Positions 32,157-43,614 of a DNA stretch of 64,000 nucleotides are shown piece by piece. The notes below the pieces were generated by a model. The model had not been told where the DNA came from, did no database searches, and worked only from the letters and a program-made list of their open reading frames with translations. The stretch is from Opitutales bacterium (GTDB lineage Bacteria; Verrucomicrobiota; Verrucomicrobiia; Opitutales; UBA2987). Numbering within the stretch: position 1 is the first letter of the stretch; each line of letters starts with the position of its first letter. A program made the position numbers and the translations under genes. The stretch is taken from positions 498,710 to 562,709 of the forward strand of contig CBDDEL010000013.1 of the NCBI GenBank assembly GCA_965226885.1. The letters run 5' to 3'.

Positions 32157-33649
32157 TGGTGAATATTTTTGGTTAAACGTTGGATCGTATCCTTGTAGCC
32201 ACTCGTGTAGTAAAGATTGTTCATTTCGTGAGGATCTTCCGCCAGGTTGAATAATTGATGCTTGTCAACATCGCTCAGGCAGAGTTTCCAAAGGTCGGGG
32301 GAAATCACGGTGCGGACCGACTCCCTGCTCATCCGGGCAATGTCTTCCTGAGAGCAAAGTTGCGTATTCTCCAGAAAATTGGGTGGCTTGTTAGCGGGAT
32401 TCCATTGTATGAAGGCGTGTTTTTCGGCCACTTCCCCTCCATTGGCTAGCGAGGCTAAACTTTGACCGGGTAAGGAGTCTCCGATGCCTTTTGCATGCAG
32501 GAGTTCCAACAAGGTCGGGATGATGTCGATTTGACTGACTGGATGTTCTACCGTGAGGGAACGCCCATTCATTTGCGGAATTTTCAACAGGAAAGGAACT
32601 CGGGAGGAGCCGTCATACATCAATTGTTTATGCAGTATATGGTGGTCTCCCAACATTTCGCCGTGTTCGCTCGTAAAAACCACGATGGTGTTGCCGGCAA
32701 CTCCGGCCTCCTCCAAGGATGCGAGCAATCCGCCTATGCTCCGGTCGATTTGGCTGACCCGGCCCCAGTAGAGCGCCTTGAACTTGCGATATTCATCCGG
32801 ATTTCCGCGGTACTCGTCCCAAAAAAATTCCTGAAACAAACGGTAGCGCAAAGGATCGTTTTCCCCCAAAACCTTGTCGAAGCTGGGGGCCAGCTCCATT
32901 TCTTCCGCTTGGTATTTATTTTCAAACGGTCCCGCCAAGGGTGGGTGAGGTCCTAAAAAACTTGTGTAGAGAATAAACGGGTTCCGGCGGTTGCGGAAAA
33001 TGAATTCCCTGGCCTTGTGTTCCATGAATTTCGGTTTGGAGTGTTCCAAGGGCAAAGATGCGGAAAAACTTCGCTGAAAAATATTGTCTTCATCGGGTTT
33101 GTAGCCCAGTTCCTTCAAATAATCGTGGTAGGCGCTTCTGGCTGTTGGATCGCGACCTTCGCTGTAACGATGCGCGTAGCTGTCCTCTATGCTAACCCAT
33201 TCATCAAACCCGTGCTGCCGAAACACTTCGTCGCCCAGATGCCACTTTCCCATGTAGGCGGAGCTGTAATCGGAATCGTTGAGCAGCCCGGGAAGACAGG
33301 CGGTGTCCGCGCGGAGAGGAATATTATTGGAGGTGCAGCCATTGGTATGCGGCCAGAGGCCAGTCATGATGGAGGACCTCGCCGGGGTGCAAACCGGTTG
33401 AGTCACATAGGCTCTTTTGAACACGATACTCTCACTGGCCAGCTTGTTGAGATGGGGCGCTTCGATCTTTGTGTTGCCGTAGGCGGCAAAAGTGTCGAAA
33501 CGCTGCTGGTCCGTTAGAATGAAGAGAACATTGGGCTTATGACTCTTTCCCGATCCCGTCCCTTTGTTGGCATAGCTCCCTAAGGTGGATAAGGAAACAC
33601 TACCCAGAGCCGCTTTTTTCAGAAATTTCCGACGAGAAATCGAATTCAT
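32120..33649 (-). CDS. Formylglycine-dependent (Cys-type) sulfatase with Tat signal
   Basis: SRRKFLK; PNVLFILTDQ; CTPARSSIMTG (CxPxR); GKWHLG; TSEHG; DPHEMNNL. Confidence 0.92.
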   Translation of the reverse strand: MNSISRRKFLKKAALGSVSLSTLGSYANKGTGSGKSHKPNVLFILTDQQRFDTFAAYGNTKIEAPHLNKLASESIVFKRAYVTQPVCTPARSSIMTGLWPHTNGCTSNNIPLRADTACLPGLLNDSDYSSAYMGKWHLGDEVFRQHGFDEWVSIEDSYAHRYSEGRDPTARSAYHDYLKELGYKPDEDNIFQRSFSASLPLEHSKPKFMEHKAREFIFRNRRNPFILYTSFLGPHPPLAGPFENKYQAEEMELAPSFDKVLGENDPLRYRLFQEFFWDEYRGNPDEYRKFKALYWGRVSQIDRSIGGLLASLEEAGVAGNTIVVFTSEHGEMLGDHHILHKQLMYDGSSRVPFLLKIPQMNGRSLTVEHPVSQIDIIPTLLELLHAKGIGDSLPGQSLASLANGGEVAEKHAFIQWNPANKPPNFLENTQLCSQEDIARMSRESVRTVISPDLWKLCLSDVDKHQLFNLAEDPHEMNNLYYTSGYKDTIQRLTKNIHQWQKKVKDTVQV

Positions 33650-35820
33650 GGTGAGGATCCAGGCTGAAGTTGTGAATAATCGAGAGATTAGACGAAATTA
33701 ATGCCGACAGCGTTCCATCCAAGTTCTCATTCCATTGGGGTATTGTAAATAGATTCCATGAATATTGAAAAGTATTGTTATAAACTGTAAGGTATGCAGT
33801 ATAATTCAACTATGAATATATTGACAACCAATATTTCGTTTTTTCGGAAATACAGGTTGTTGCTATATCTTTCCTGCGCGATTTTCCCCATCCAGTTTTT
33901 ACGGGCGGAATCGACGACCATGGCGCTCTGGCTGTTCGACGAGCAGGTCGGAATCTATCCCAGTTGCGTTTTAAGCGATTCTTCGGAAACCGACTTTCCC
34001 TTGGTTATGGGTCCCGGCGGTCGAATTGAGGAAGGCAAATTCGGCAATGCATTGTATCCGGTAGAACAACCGAAAGTGGATTATCCCGATGATATTATTC
34101 TCTTCGGTTTGGCCCCTCTTCCGGTCCCCGAAGGCAGCCAGGTGCAGCCCATGAATTGGGCCAATGCCAATTTTGCCGCTCTTGCCACGAGCGGAGAAAA
34201 TCATTTGCGCAAACAAGTCGGATTCCTCAACGCAAGCAGAACCGGGTTGAATCTGGGAACTTATGACTGGACAATTGAATTCTGGTATTTGCCGTCTCGA
34301 AAGGCTCAAGAAGAAGGAGTGGTTTTTGAAATAGGAACCGGTCCGCGGGGTGAAAATGAAAAGGTAACCCGGCTGCTCATCAACAAAAACCGCAACGGGT
34401 TTGTATTTCATAACGAACCGGGCGGCATCAGCCTGGCCATTCCATCGGATAAATCGGCCCTCCGCCCCGGTTCCAAGGAATGGTGTCATCTGGCTTTCGT
34501 TTACGATGCGGAAGAAGGGCAATTGCGGCACTATGTGGATGGCGTTCTGCAAACCCTGCCCCGGCAAGCGGCCATCCGGTCCCTCGATTTTGGAGAGGAA
34601 GCCTATTTCAGTATTGGGCGTGACGGCCTGTGGCAGCGGCCGTTGCCGGGCAAGATTGATGAGCTGCGGTTTTCCAGGGGAATCGTTTACAAGGAGGGAT
34701 TTCAGCCTCCGGGCACCTTCGGCAGGCAGGTATTGAGAGCAAAAAATGGTCCCTTGAGGTTGAAAAAAGGCCCGTCTCTGCTCTTTGGTGGTGAATCCGA
34801 TAAAAAACAGGTCCTTTCCCTGGCTGGACGAAAATATTTGTTCATCGATAATGCCATTGTGGAATCGATGGAAAACATTCAGTTCACCCCTAATCCTCCG
34901 CGGCTGGCCGAACGGGTGATTGACAATATAAAGGGTGCCTTCCGCAAACATATTACAGTTATCGAAGGCGAGGATGGGTTGATTCGTCTATACAATGGAC
35001 TGAAGGATAACCATTTGGGGGTCAGGATATCAAGGGATGGGATTCATTGGCAAATACCGGATCTGGGCCTCAGTGATGACAGCGATTATCCAAATATTGT
35101 CATTCCGGAGAGGGTTGGAACGGGTTCCCTGTTTTTGGACCCCAACGCGCCAGCGGAATCCCGCTGGAAATATTTCAGCGGTTATTCCAAGCGGGGGATG
35201 TTTATGTATTCCTCTTCCGACGGGTGGTCTTTCCGCCGGAATAAAACGGCCGCGCTTCCCTTCAGAGCGGCCTCGCAATCATTCATTTATTATGATGATC
35301 AAAGGCAGCGTTATGTCGCTTTTCACCGCACCGATTATCCTCGTACCCTGGCCGGTGAAACGCAGCGGGAATTCGTGCGCACTGAAACGGTCGATATCGA
35401 TGCCCCCTGGCCATTCAAAGCTGCCACGCAGGCGGTTTTTGAGGAGGTTTCAAAAAACAAGCGCATGCACACACTCAACCCCTGGTATCTTGACAACGGT
35501 CCGCTTACTCCCGGTGGTTTTGGTTTTGAATACCCCACCGGATTTGCACCCGATGATGAACTCGATCCTTCGGGCACGGATATTTACAATCCCAAAGCAA
35601 TCAAATATCCTTGGGCACCCGATGCCTACCTGGCTTTTCCGGTGGTTTATCTCCATTATGAAGTAGACGGCCCGGTCACTCGCCATGTACTAGGCGAGGA
35701 ATCTCGCGGTCGTGGTTCCGGCCCGATAGAGACCCAGGTCTCCGTCAGCCGGGATGGTCTTGAGTGGAAACGTTATCCGCGTCCGGCCTATGTCGGCATT
35801 GGGGATCATCTTGGACGTGA

Positions 35821-35844
35821 TATTCACCAGGCTATTCACCAGGC
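35821..35844. repeat. Exact 12-bp in-frame tandem duplication (IHQA x2)
   Basis: tattcaccaggc x2. Confidence 0.93.
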
Positions 35845-36011
35845 TTATATGGCCGATGGTTTAATCCGGCGCGGGAATGAAATATGGCAATATTATTACG
35901 GTGAGGAAATCTATCATTCAAGTTATCAAAAAGGCCCCAAAAGAAGCGCCGGTTACAGGTTAGTGCAGCGTTTGGACGGATTTGTTTCGGCAGACTCACC
36001 CTACGAAAAAG

Positions 36012-36813
36012 GGTAGTGTATTAAGTAGGAATGGTGGCTAATTCTTGATTATATTGATGAATGAAAAGTCTCAGACAGGTTTCATGCATACTCTTAAGCT
36101 TGGAAAAGGAGAGGGTTTTGCGTGTGAAACGACCCAGTCGTTGGCGCAGGGTATTGTTCCATCGTTCCACATGGGCCGTTTCACCGGTTTCTTTTCCCAC
36201 GGATCGGTTATGAGGAAAGACTTCATCATAAGTGCTCCAAAAGTCGCTGTAGGTGGCACATCTTTTGTAGGCCCGTGGCAGACGCTCGTAAAGTTCCCGG
36301 CAACGATACCAATCCCGAGGCCCAATGGCATAGGAGAGGATTTGACGGGTGCGTCGGCAAAGAGCGATCCAAACCCATTGGGCATCGCTCTTGCGCCCCA
36401 CAAAAGACCACAGTTCGTCCAGTTCAATGACATCATGGCGGCGGGCCGCAAGAATCGTGCTTTTGAGCGGTCGCAGCGATTGTCGTTTTTTTTAACCAAC
36501 TCAAAACGGTGTTGGGACTCACCCCGAAGGCGCGCTGTAAACCGCGTAGACTGCTGCGTTCCTGATAGACTCGAAGGATCATTTCTTTTTGCTCTTCGGT
36601 GTATTTCACTGTGGGGTTTTCGCGGCTTTGTTTACCACAATCATGGCAGCGGTAGCGCTGTTTATGGTTGGGCGTCTTGCCAAATTTAATGATATTTTCA
36701 CTTCCACAGTGCCGACAATTAATAATTTTAGTAACCATGCACTAAGAATAAACTGCCTAACGCTATTTGTACAGCTAAAAATACAAAATAACATTCTTTT
36801 TTTATACACTACC
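36012..36813 (-). mobile_element. IS1-family element, complete (802 bp), 8-bp TSD
   Basis: IRs ggtagtgta...tacactacc; TSD cgaaaaag at 36004-36011 and 36814-36821; InsA zinc finger (CRHC...CHDC) 36433-36738; InsB (ERWNNTLRQRL) ending at 36021; A8C frameshift site. Confidence 0.96.
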
Positions 36814-37111
36814 CGAAAAAGAGGCCTCCCTGACGACACGCCCTCTGATCTTTGAAGGGAACCGGTTGGTCCTCAATATCGACACCGAAGCGGCCGGATA
36901 CGCCCAGGTGGGCCTGGTGGATATGCAAGGCAAGCCGATACCCGGGTACTCGGTTGATGAATGTATTTACATCAACGGCGACTTTATAGAGACAGAGGTT
37001 GAATGGCTAAATACCGGAACGGACCTGGAAAAATTGCAAGGCGTGCCGGTAAGGGTCGAATTTCGTATGCGCGGCAGCAAGCTCTACTCCATGCAATTCA
37101 AGACCACGGAT

Positions 37112-38824
37112 TCAACCATCGTGGAATGAGTGATGGACGGAAAACCCATTCAGATACTTCAGGTTGATTTTGCGATAGTAATGCGGGGCGGCCTTTAAAA
37201 GATCATCCAATTCCTCCCGGTGCCCCAACTGCCTTAAAACGGCCCATTCACTGGCATGTCCCGGGCGCCGGTCACCATCCCAGAGCGAAAAACCGTCGGC
37301 CCCGCGTTCATAATAATCCTTGGCCATCCGAACGAAATTTTCGCCGGGCTGGTTACGGGGCATCATATCCGGCCAGATATGTAGTTTTTCTCCTCCTGCT
37401 TCTCTCCACTGCTCGATAAAACCAGGTTCCACGCTGGTCGTCGGCATTAGGTAATCGACCAGGCCTTCCTTTATCCAGGTGAGCACATCGCAATTATATT
37501 TGAGGGGATCGTAGATTTTATCCGTTTCGTATTTAAAACCGGTACCATAAAAGGTGACGCCGAGTTCGCGCCCCGTTTTTTTGTTCACCATGGCCCTGAT
37601 TTCCCGTAAAAAAGTGGTCACATATTCAGCGCTGTGCTCCAGCCACCTCGGGTCCTTGGAGGAAACTTCCCGCGGGTCTTCCCCATATTTCTCTTTGAAA
37701 GATCGCACGACCGGTTCCTCGTAAAGAACAAAAGGCTGGCAGCGGTGGAGGTAAACTTGCACCCCGTCGATTCCGTAGTCCAGGGTTTCCCGCAACAGGT
37801 TGATCCAGTGATTCCTGACCTCCGGATAAGCAATGCTCAGATTGGTGGTGGGAACGCCCTCCCGATCCAGCTTGGCAAATTGGCGGTTTTTCCAGTAAAA
37901 ACTGCCCCAACCGATAGGGTTGGGCACCATGGGATATCCGGGGCCCATCATTCTCATCCCGGAAAAAATCTTCATACCGTTGGCATGGGCCAGTTCCTTA
38001 AATGCGGCCAATGAATCGATCCATTCATCTTTCCAGCGATTGTCCTCTCCACCGACGTCCCCGATTTTCGTGTGGAAAGCGCAAAGGTTTCCCCGAATGG
38101 CTTCAAATATGAAAATGCCGACATCGTTGTTGAGGTAAGGCTGTATTTCGTGGGTATACCAATCGGGGTCAGTCGGGTGATAATTCGGGGTGCCGAAAGC
38201 GTGGCCGGTGAGTATGCCCGTGCACCATTGTAGGGCGACACGCCGAGTTTCAGGGCGCGGATTGAGATTTTGGCTGGCCTCCAATTCCTCGCCTTCAACA
38301 GGGACCAACTTGACATAAGAAATGTTGGCCGTTTTCCCTAAATAACGGCTGTTATAGGGCCATTGCATGGGGCGAAAACTTACCGTTTGATCCGTCACAT
38401 CCGCCGTTTTCCAATAAACTTCCTGGATCGATTTATAAACTTCGCTGTCCCGGCCAACCTTTTTGATATTATCAGATCTCCAACCGATCTCCAGGGCAAA
38501 ACGGCTGAATCCTTTGTCGTTTGTCAGTTTGGCTTCCAGTTGACCGTAGAGCGGCCATTGGCGGTGGTGAAAAGTATCGCTGCCGGGCGTACGGGTGTAA
38601 TTGATGCCCAGAAAAATTTTGTAAACGCCATCCAGGTTAAGCGGCAGCCGAATTTCCACCGCTTCATCGTCCGGAGAAGCGAAGGCCATATTTCCTTTGA
38701 CGCCTTCTTCCGTTTCGTAACTGACGATTTGCCAGCAGCCTTTTTGAGGATTTTTCCATAAGGGCTGCCGTGGTTCGCACTGCAACATGTCCGCGAGAAT
38801 TACCGTTTGTTTATTATTTTCCAT
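37112..38824 (-). CDS. Uncharacterised glycoside-hydrolase-like TIM-barrel protein
   Basis: LSIAYPEVRNHW...DYGIDGV, DVLTWIKEGLVDYL, GADGFSLWD resemble GHL10/DUF187-type barrels. Confidence 0.65.
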   Translation of the reverse strand: MENNKQTVILADMLQCEPRQPLWKNPQKGCWQIVSYETEEGVKGNMAFASPDDEAVEIRLPLNLDGVYKIFLGINYTRTPGSDTFHHRQWPLYGQLEAKLTNDKGFSRFALEIGWRSDNIKKVGRDSEVYKSIQEVYWKTADVTDQTVSFRPMQWPYNSRYLGKTANISYVKLVPVEGEELEASQNLNPRPETRRVALQWCTGILTGHAFGTPNYHPTDPDWYTHEIQPYLNNDVGIFIFEAIRGNLCAFHTKIGDVGGEDNRWKDEWIDSLAAFKELAHANGMKIFSGMRMMGPGYPMVPNPIGWGSFYWKNRQFAKLDREGVPTTNLSIAYPEVRNHWINLLRETLDYGIDGVQVYLHRCQPFVLYEEPVVRSFKEKYGEDPREVSSKDPRWLEHSAEYVTTFLREIRAMVNKKTGRELGVTFYGTGFKYETDKIYDPLKYNCDVLTWIKEGLVDYLMPTTSVEPGFIEQWREAGGEKLHIWPDMMPRNQPGENFVRMAKDYYERGADGFSLWDGDRRPGHASEWAVLRQLGHREELDDLLKAAPHYYRKINLKYLNGFSVHHSFHDG

Positions 38825-38921
38825 AAATCGTTAGTCTGTAGAGAAATCTAATTACCGTGTCTCTAGCTTCTCTACTCTGCCGAAAATTTAACCATCACCC
38901 GGGGGTTTCGCAAAATTGCGG

Positions 38922-40178
38922 TCAACCTTTGCCCAACAGCCGCAGGTGTTTGCTGAAATGGGCATTCAACACATCCTTGTGCAGTTGGGAATGTTTTTCG
39001 AGATTTTCCAGAATCGCTTCCTTAAAAGTTTGGCCATTCTCCCTTTTGCCGTCGGTCAGGACAGAGCCGAAAGTAACGTGCAACAACTGTCGGCCTTTGT
39101 TTTGGTTAAGGTAAAAATCCTCCAGGTCATCGATCTTTTGGTGGCTTATCCGGGCCACATCCTCATCCGTGACGGAGAGATGATAAGTGGCTTTGTCCAC
39201 CGGAAAACGGCCCACACTGTAGCAGGCGATTTCTTTAAACAAGGGCAAATCCTCGCGCAAAATCACTCGCAGGGCCTCGAGATAACTGGTTCCGGCGGTT
39301 TTAACGTGCAGGAGTTCGCCACAAACCCGCCCGATGATGGGATAAACCGCAAATTTATCGGACCCGCTGTGCAGGCTCATCTTGTAAGGCCCCATTTTTT
39401 TGGCGATGGCGGTGTGTTCTTGCAGGGAATCCTCGAATAATTGCAGGCTGCCCTTGAAATCGACTCCCTTTTCAAAATCTCCGGTGAAACGAGGCGCCAG
39501 ACTTATAACCGCAACGCCATACCTCTTTAATTCGAGGGCGATAAAAAGATGTTCAAGAGTAGTGGTGGGAGTTTCCGTTTCATCTACCGAGACCTCGATT
39601 TCGTAAAGCTGGCCGGCACACTCCCGTTCGATGTGCCGAGCCATTTTTTCCATGTAATGGACGGCCTCGCCATACTTGACACCGGCCCGCAAAAGCGCTT
39701 CCGGGGTAAAGGTCAGCTCTAGATTATCGGAAATTTCATAATTTTTACCAAGGTAAAGATTTTCCAGTGATTCACCGCCGTAAATGCCCGCGCTATTCTG
39801 CCGGGAAACGGATTCACGCAAATCTTTTTCACTCATTCCGTTTGCCTCATTGACCACATAATCGGATGGGTCGATGGTGAAAAAAGTATAACCGGCAGTC
39901 GCCATTCGGCGGACATCGTCCGCGGTTTTCAAGTGATCGGCATCGGCACCCCAGGGCTTATTGCAATCCACTGCTGCCAAGGACCTTTGGGCCGCCGACA
40001 ATACTTCTTCTGCCGTTCGCTTTGTGCGGTCCAGTTCGCGGATGGATTGTTGGGCAAAAATACCCGCAAAATCGAATTTCTCATTCGCCGCAATATGGCC
40101 CGGTCCGGCCAGACCAAGCCGGTCTCCATAGCCGAATGATTTCTTAAGACCGAGGACGGTTGGTTTATTTGAGTTCAT
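38922..40178 (-). CDS. uxaE: Tagaturonate/fructuronate epimerase
   Basis: GYGDRLGLA, AQQSIRE, GADADHLKT, FTIDPSD, EVSVDET, FEKGVDF, SLHSGSDKF, HVKTAGTSYLEAL, QLLHVTFG. Confidence 0.92.
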   Translation of the reverse strand: MNSNKPTVLGLKKSFGYGDRLGLAGPGHIAANEKFDFAGIFAQQSIRELDRTKRTAEEVLSAAQRSLAAVDCNKPWGADADHLKTADDVRRMATAGYTFFTIDPSDYVVNEANGMSEKDLRESVSRQNSAGIYGGESLENLYLGKNYEISDNLELTFTPEALLRAGVKYGEAVHYMEKMARHIERECAGQLYEIEVSVDETETPTTTLEHLFIALELKRYGVAVISLAPRFTGDFEKGVDFKGSLQLFEDSLQEHTAIAKKMGPYKMSLHSGSDKFAVYPIIGRVCGELLHVKTAGTSYLEALRVILREDLPLFKEIACYSVGRFPVDKATYHLSVTDEDVARISHQKIDDLEDFYLNQNKGRQLLHVTFGSVLTDGKRENGQTFKEAILENLEKHSQLHKDVLNAHFSKHLRLLGKG

Positions 40179-40303
40179 TTTTATTTAACTTGGATTTCAC
40201 CACAGCTTTGTCAATGTTCAAAGCTACGGTAGAACTGTAAAATCATAAATACATGAATACTAAACTGTTATAAATACAAAATTTTCTTTAAAGGAAGTGG
40301 GCG

Positions 40304-40345
40304 ACCTGATATTAAGTGTTAAATACCTGATATTAAGTGTTAAAT
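40304..40345. repeat. Exact 21-bp tandem duplication overlapping the X2 start codon
   Basis: acctgatattaagtgttaaat x2. Confidence 0.96.
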
Positions 40346-41669
40346 GATAGAATCAATCGAGGCTAAAGGAAAACTCATTGACTCGTGCAGACTGGACGGC
40401 GAGGGGCGTAACAACGATGTCTATCTCGGACATCCAAACGGTTGCCAACTAAGTGTAGATCGCTGGCTTATTATCTATGCGACGCGTGGATGGCGCAATG
40501 TCGATGACGATCGTAGTATCGTCTATCAGCTTAGGGATAAAAAACCGGACGGAGCGCTCATTAAGGAAGGGTTTTTCCGGCAAACAATTACAGATTGGGA
40601 CCCCGACGGCGATGGATCGAATTACATCAGGCAGCACGGCCATCCGATTGTCTATGGCATTCCGCAAGGAGCCGTCATTGATGGGAAACCGGCGGCCAAC
40701 GCAAATGTTTTCATGGCCCGCTGGCGGAGAAACAATTTCGGCGTCCTCAATCCCGAAACCGGCCTGGTCCACGAGAGGGTCAAAGACAATATTTCCAGAA
40801 GATTGCGCATTGAGGAAGTTCAATTCCGTCTCAACGACAAAAAGGATGACATTGAATTGCTTTGCCCGGTCAAGGTGGCGGCTGAACGCGGGTATGAAAA
40901 AGGTCCCGAATTTTGCCGACGGGGTTCATTTGCCTGGATGAACCAGAATTTCACACTACCGATTCCATTTAACGATAATGCCTCCGAATGGGTGGCCATC
41001 GATCATTTTTCGGGTGGCGGTGTGGCGGCGGTCAAATACCGGTTCAATTTTGGAAAAGGACTTTATGAATGGGTTGAAACTGGCCCTATGCTCAAAACCG
41101 AACGGTGGGAACACATCGAAACCAGCATCGTCCGCAATGGCCGGGATTGGATCCTATGCACACGTTCTCATTGCGAAGATTCGCATGTTCGCGGAGCCAA
41201 TGGTTTTTTTCGCACAGCCGATCCTTTTAAAGCCTTTTCCGAACCTTCTTTCAGAAGATACCGGACGAATCGGACCCCCATTACTCTTTACAATTGCCCC
41301 GATGGAGAGTTTCGCCTGTTTACGGGCGATTCGGAGGCGTCGCCTTATGCCAATGCCCGCAATCCGCTGTATTGCTGGAAAATCGGCCTCGAGAGTTTCA
41401 ATCTGACGGAATGCCGTGAAGTATTCGACTGCATCGGTAATGGATTGCTGCCGAGGGAATCCTCGCCCAAGTCGGAAATGTGCAAACTACTTCCGCACGG
41501 CGGTGGGCGGGAGCAATACTTGCTGTGGAGGGTGAGAGCGATGAATATCGGCGTTGCCGGTTACCACGGCCTTCCCGCCATAACCGAGGAAATGAAAGAA
41601 TCCCACGGTATTTATTATGGATGCATTCGTTATACGGAGGATTTGCCGGGAGCGTGGACCTTTGCTTGA
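40344..41669 (+). CDS. Uncharacterised protein X2 (paralog of X1)
   Basis: 441-aa ORF; shares DDxRSxVYQ, DWDPxGDGS, GxPQGAVIxGK, EWVETGP, LLPHxGG, GxYY with X1. Confidence 0.85.
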   Translation: MIESIEAKGKLIDSCRLDGEGRNNDVYLGHPNGCQLSVDRWLIIYATRGWRNVDDDRSIVYQLRDKKPDGALIKEGFFRQTITDWDPDGDGSNYIRQHGHPIVYGIPQGAVIDGKPAANANVFMARWRRNNFGVLNPETGLVHERVKDNISRRLRIEEVQFRLNDKKDDIELLCPVKVAAERGYEKGPEFCRRGSFAWMNQNFTLPIPFNDNASEWVAIDHFSGGGVAAVKYRFNFGKGLYEWVETGPMLKTERWEHIETSIVRNGRDWILCTRSHCEDSHVRGANGFFRTADPFKAFSEPSFRRYRTNRTPITLYNCPDGEFRLFTGDSEASPYANARNPLYCWKIGLESFNLTECREVFDCIGNGLLPRESSPKSEMCKLLPHGGGREQYLLWRVRAMNIGVAGYHGLPAITEEMKESHGIYYGCIRYTEDLPGAWTFA

Positions 41670-41682
41670 AGGTATTTTTGCC

Positions 41683-43614
41683 ATGAAGCTATTGCCATTA
41701 TTAGGCGGAAATTTGTTAAAGCTGTCCCTGGGCAGTTTGCTGCTGACCGGTTGTCTCAAATCCGACTTCCAAACCGGTCAATTAGCCGAAAGTAACAACA
41801 ATTCTCCGGTCAAAGAGCAGTTGCCTATGGCACCCGCAGAGATCGATCCGGTCATTCTTTTCAGCCGCGCCTTCAAAGAGGCCCCCATGCTCAAAATTCG
41901 TGTTGAGGCGGGCGAATTGCCTCCTGTTTTCGAGCGGCTGCCGGAAAATCCCCTCGTCATCGTTCCGGTGGAAAACATTGGCCATTACGGGGGATCGCTC
42001 CGCCGCACCTTGCAAAGCGACATCAATGATGAAACCGCTGTGAGGAAAACCCTGAGCGAAAGCCTGATGGGTTATGAGAGGCCGGTTCCGGGCAAACCGG
42101 TGCTCAATTTAGCCGAAAGTTACGAGTTTCTAGATAATGGACGAACGGTTCTTTTTAAATTGCGTAAGGGCATTCGATGGTCGGACGGCATGCCCTTCAC
42201 GGTGGACGACAATCTCTTTTGGTACGAGGATATGACCCTTGACGACAATGCCCGTTACGACCCTCTTTTCCCGACGCGATGGACGAGCAACGGGAAACCG
42301 GTGCGCATGGCCAAAGTGGATGATTATACGCTGAAGATTTCAGCCGATGAATCATTGGGTATGATTTTGAGAACGTTGTGCCATGACCATATTGCCTTGC
42401 CCAAGCATGTATTTGCCCAATACCACCCAAGGTATAACCCGCAGGCCAATTATCAAGATTTACAGAAGAGGACGACAAACGGCCAACTCGCATTCGAACC
42501 CGGAATTCCGCGATTATCAGCCTGGGTACCGTTAGAGTGGGAACACGGCCAAAAAGCTGTTTACGCACGCAACCCCTATTACTGGAAAGTTGATACCGAG
42601 GGGAACCAATTGCCCTATGCCGACCGCCTCGAGTTTTTTATATTACGCAATCCTGAAATCGCATTGCTCAAGTTTATGAACGGAGAACTCGATCTTTACG
42701 ATCACAGTATCAGCGACAAATGCACCATGCTTAAGAGTAAAGAAAAAAACGGGGTCTTCAAGGTGCAGAAAAATGCACCCCGGCCTATAATTTCGCTGTT
42801 CCTGAATTGGGATGCCCCCAACATCGCTCTGCGCAATGCCTTTCGTAACCGAAAGGTGAGGATTGCCCTTTCCCTCGCGCTGAACCGAATGGAAATCGGC
42901 AATATTTTGGATAATGGATTGCTCGAACCGGTCGGGTTCTCTCTCAATCACGCCAATCCCTGGTATTCCAAAGAATCCGCCAAACTGCATTCACAGTACG
43001 ATCCTCAAAAAACAGCATCCTTGCTTGATGAAGCAGGATATAGGGACGAGGACGGAGATGGTTATAGGGAATTTCCGGACGGCTCTGTTTTCACCATAAT
43101 TATCGATATTTTCAGCAATAAAATGCTGATCGATCTGGGCGGGTTTATAGCCGAATATTGGGAGGCGGCTGGAATTAAAACGATCCTCAATATAGGATTG
43201 CAGGAAATTTTGATTTCCTGCCGCATCAATGGGAACTTTGAGGTTCACGTAACCAGCGCGCCCATGGACCCGATGTATGAGGCGGAAAAATTTGGAACCA
43301 TGGGACCGCATTTACCTTTTTGGCATCGTTATGGGGCGGACAATGGGCCGGATTGGCTGAGCGAAGTTACGGCCAAAATCAGGATGGCTGAAAATACCCT
43401 GGACGAGAAAATTCTCGATCATACCATGATTTTTATTCGCGATACTTACGCTCATCAACTACCTTTTATCACCATCGGTTCAGGACCGTCCTTGTGGGCA
43501 TCCAATAATCGAATCGGTAATATACCCGACCCTGTTTATGCGGAAAGCATCTATCGAGGTTGGGATCGTGGGTCCTATCATGAACAACTCTACATTAAAC
43601 CAGGTTATGAATAA
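41683..43614 (+). CDS. ABC transporter family-5 solute-binding lipoprotein
   Basis: Lipobox LLTGC; same SBP5 motifs as 18822-20828. Confidence 0.92.
   Translation: MKLLPLLGGNLLKLSLGSLLLTGCLKSDFQTGQLAESNNNSPVKEQLPMAPAEIDPVILFSRAFKEAPMLKIRVEAGELPPVFERLPENPLVIVPVENIGHYGGSLRRTLQSDINDETAVRKTLSESLMGYERPVPGKPVLNLAESYEFLDNGRTVLFKLRKGIRWSDGMPFTVDDNLFWYEDMTLDDNARYDPLFPTRWTSNGKPVRMAKVDDYTLKISADESLGMILRTLCHDHIALPKHVFAQYHPRYNPQANYQDLQKRTTNGQLAFEPGIPRLSAWVPLEWEHGQKAVYARNPYYWKVDTEGNQLPYADRLEFFILRNPEIALLKFMNGELDLYDHSISDKCTMLKSKEKNGVFKVQKNAPRPIISLFLNWDAPNIALRNAFRNRKVRIALSLALNRMEIGNILDNGLLEPVGFSLNHANPWYSKESAKLHSQYDPQKTASLLDEAGYRDEDGDGYREFPDGSVFTIIIDIFSNKMLIDLGGFIAEYWEAAGIKTILNIGLQEILISCRINGNFEVHVTSAPMDPMYEAEKFGTMGPHLPFWHRYGADNGPDWLSEVTAKIRMAENTLDEKILDHTMIFIRDTYAHQLPFITIGSGPSLWASNNRIGNIPDPVYAESIYRGWDRGSYHEQLYIKPGYE

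Larger units (their letters stand above)
33794..37129 (+). pseudogene. Secreted LamG-like plus glycosidase-like beta-propeller protein, interrupted by IS1
   Basis: Frame continues ...SADSPYEKE-ASLTTRPLIFEGNRLVLNID after removing the IS and one 8-bp TSD (841 aa); WTIEFW, WCHLAFVYD, GKIDELRFS; SRDGIHW, SSDGWSF, SRDGLEW; RLDGFVSA. Confidence 0.85.

Noticed and set aside
33971..34951. Long antisense and alternate-frame ORFs in the track (also 18852-19655, 56897-57598)
   Set aside because: Shadows of well-supported genes with no motifs of their own.
43030..43075. DxDGDG Ca-loop motif in all three SBPs
   Set aside because: Common in family-5 SBPs; not novel.
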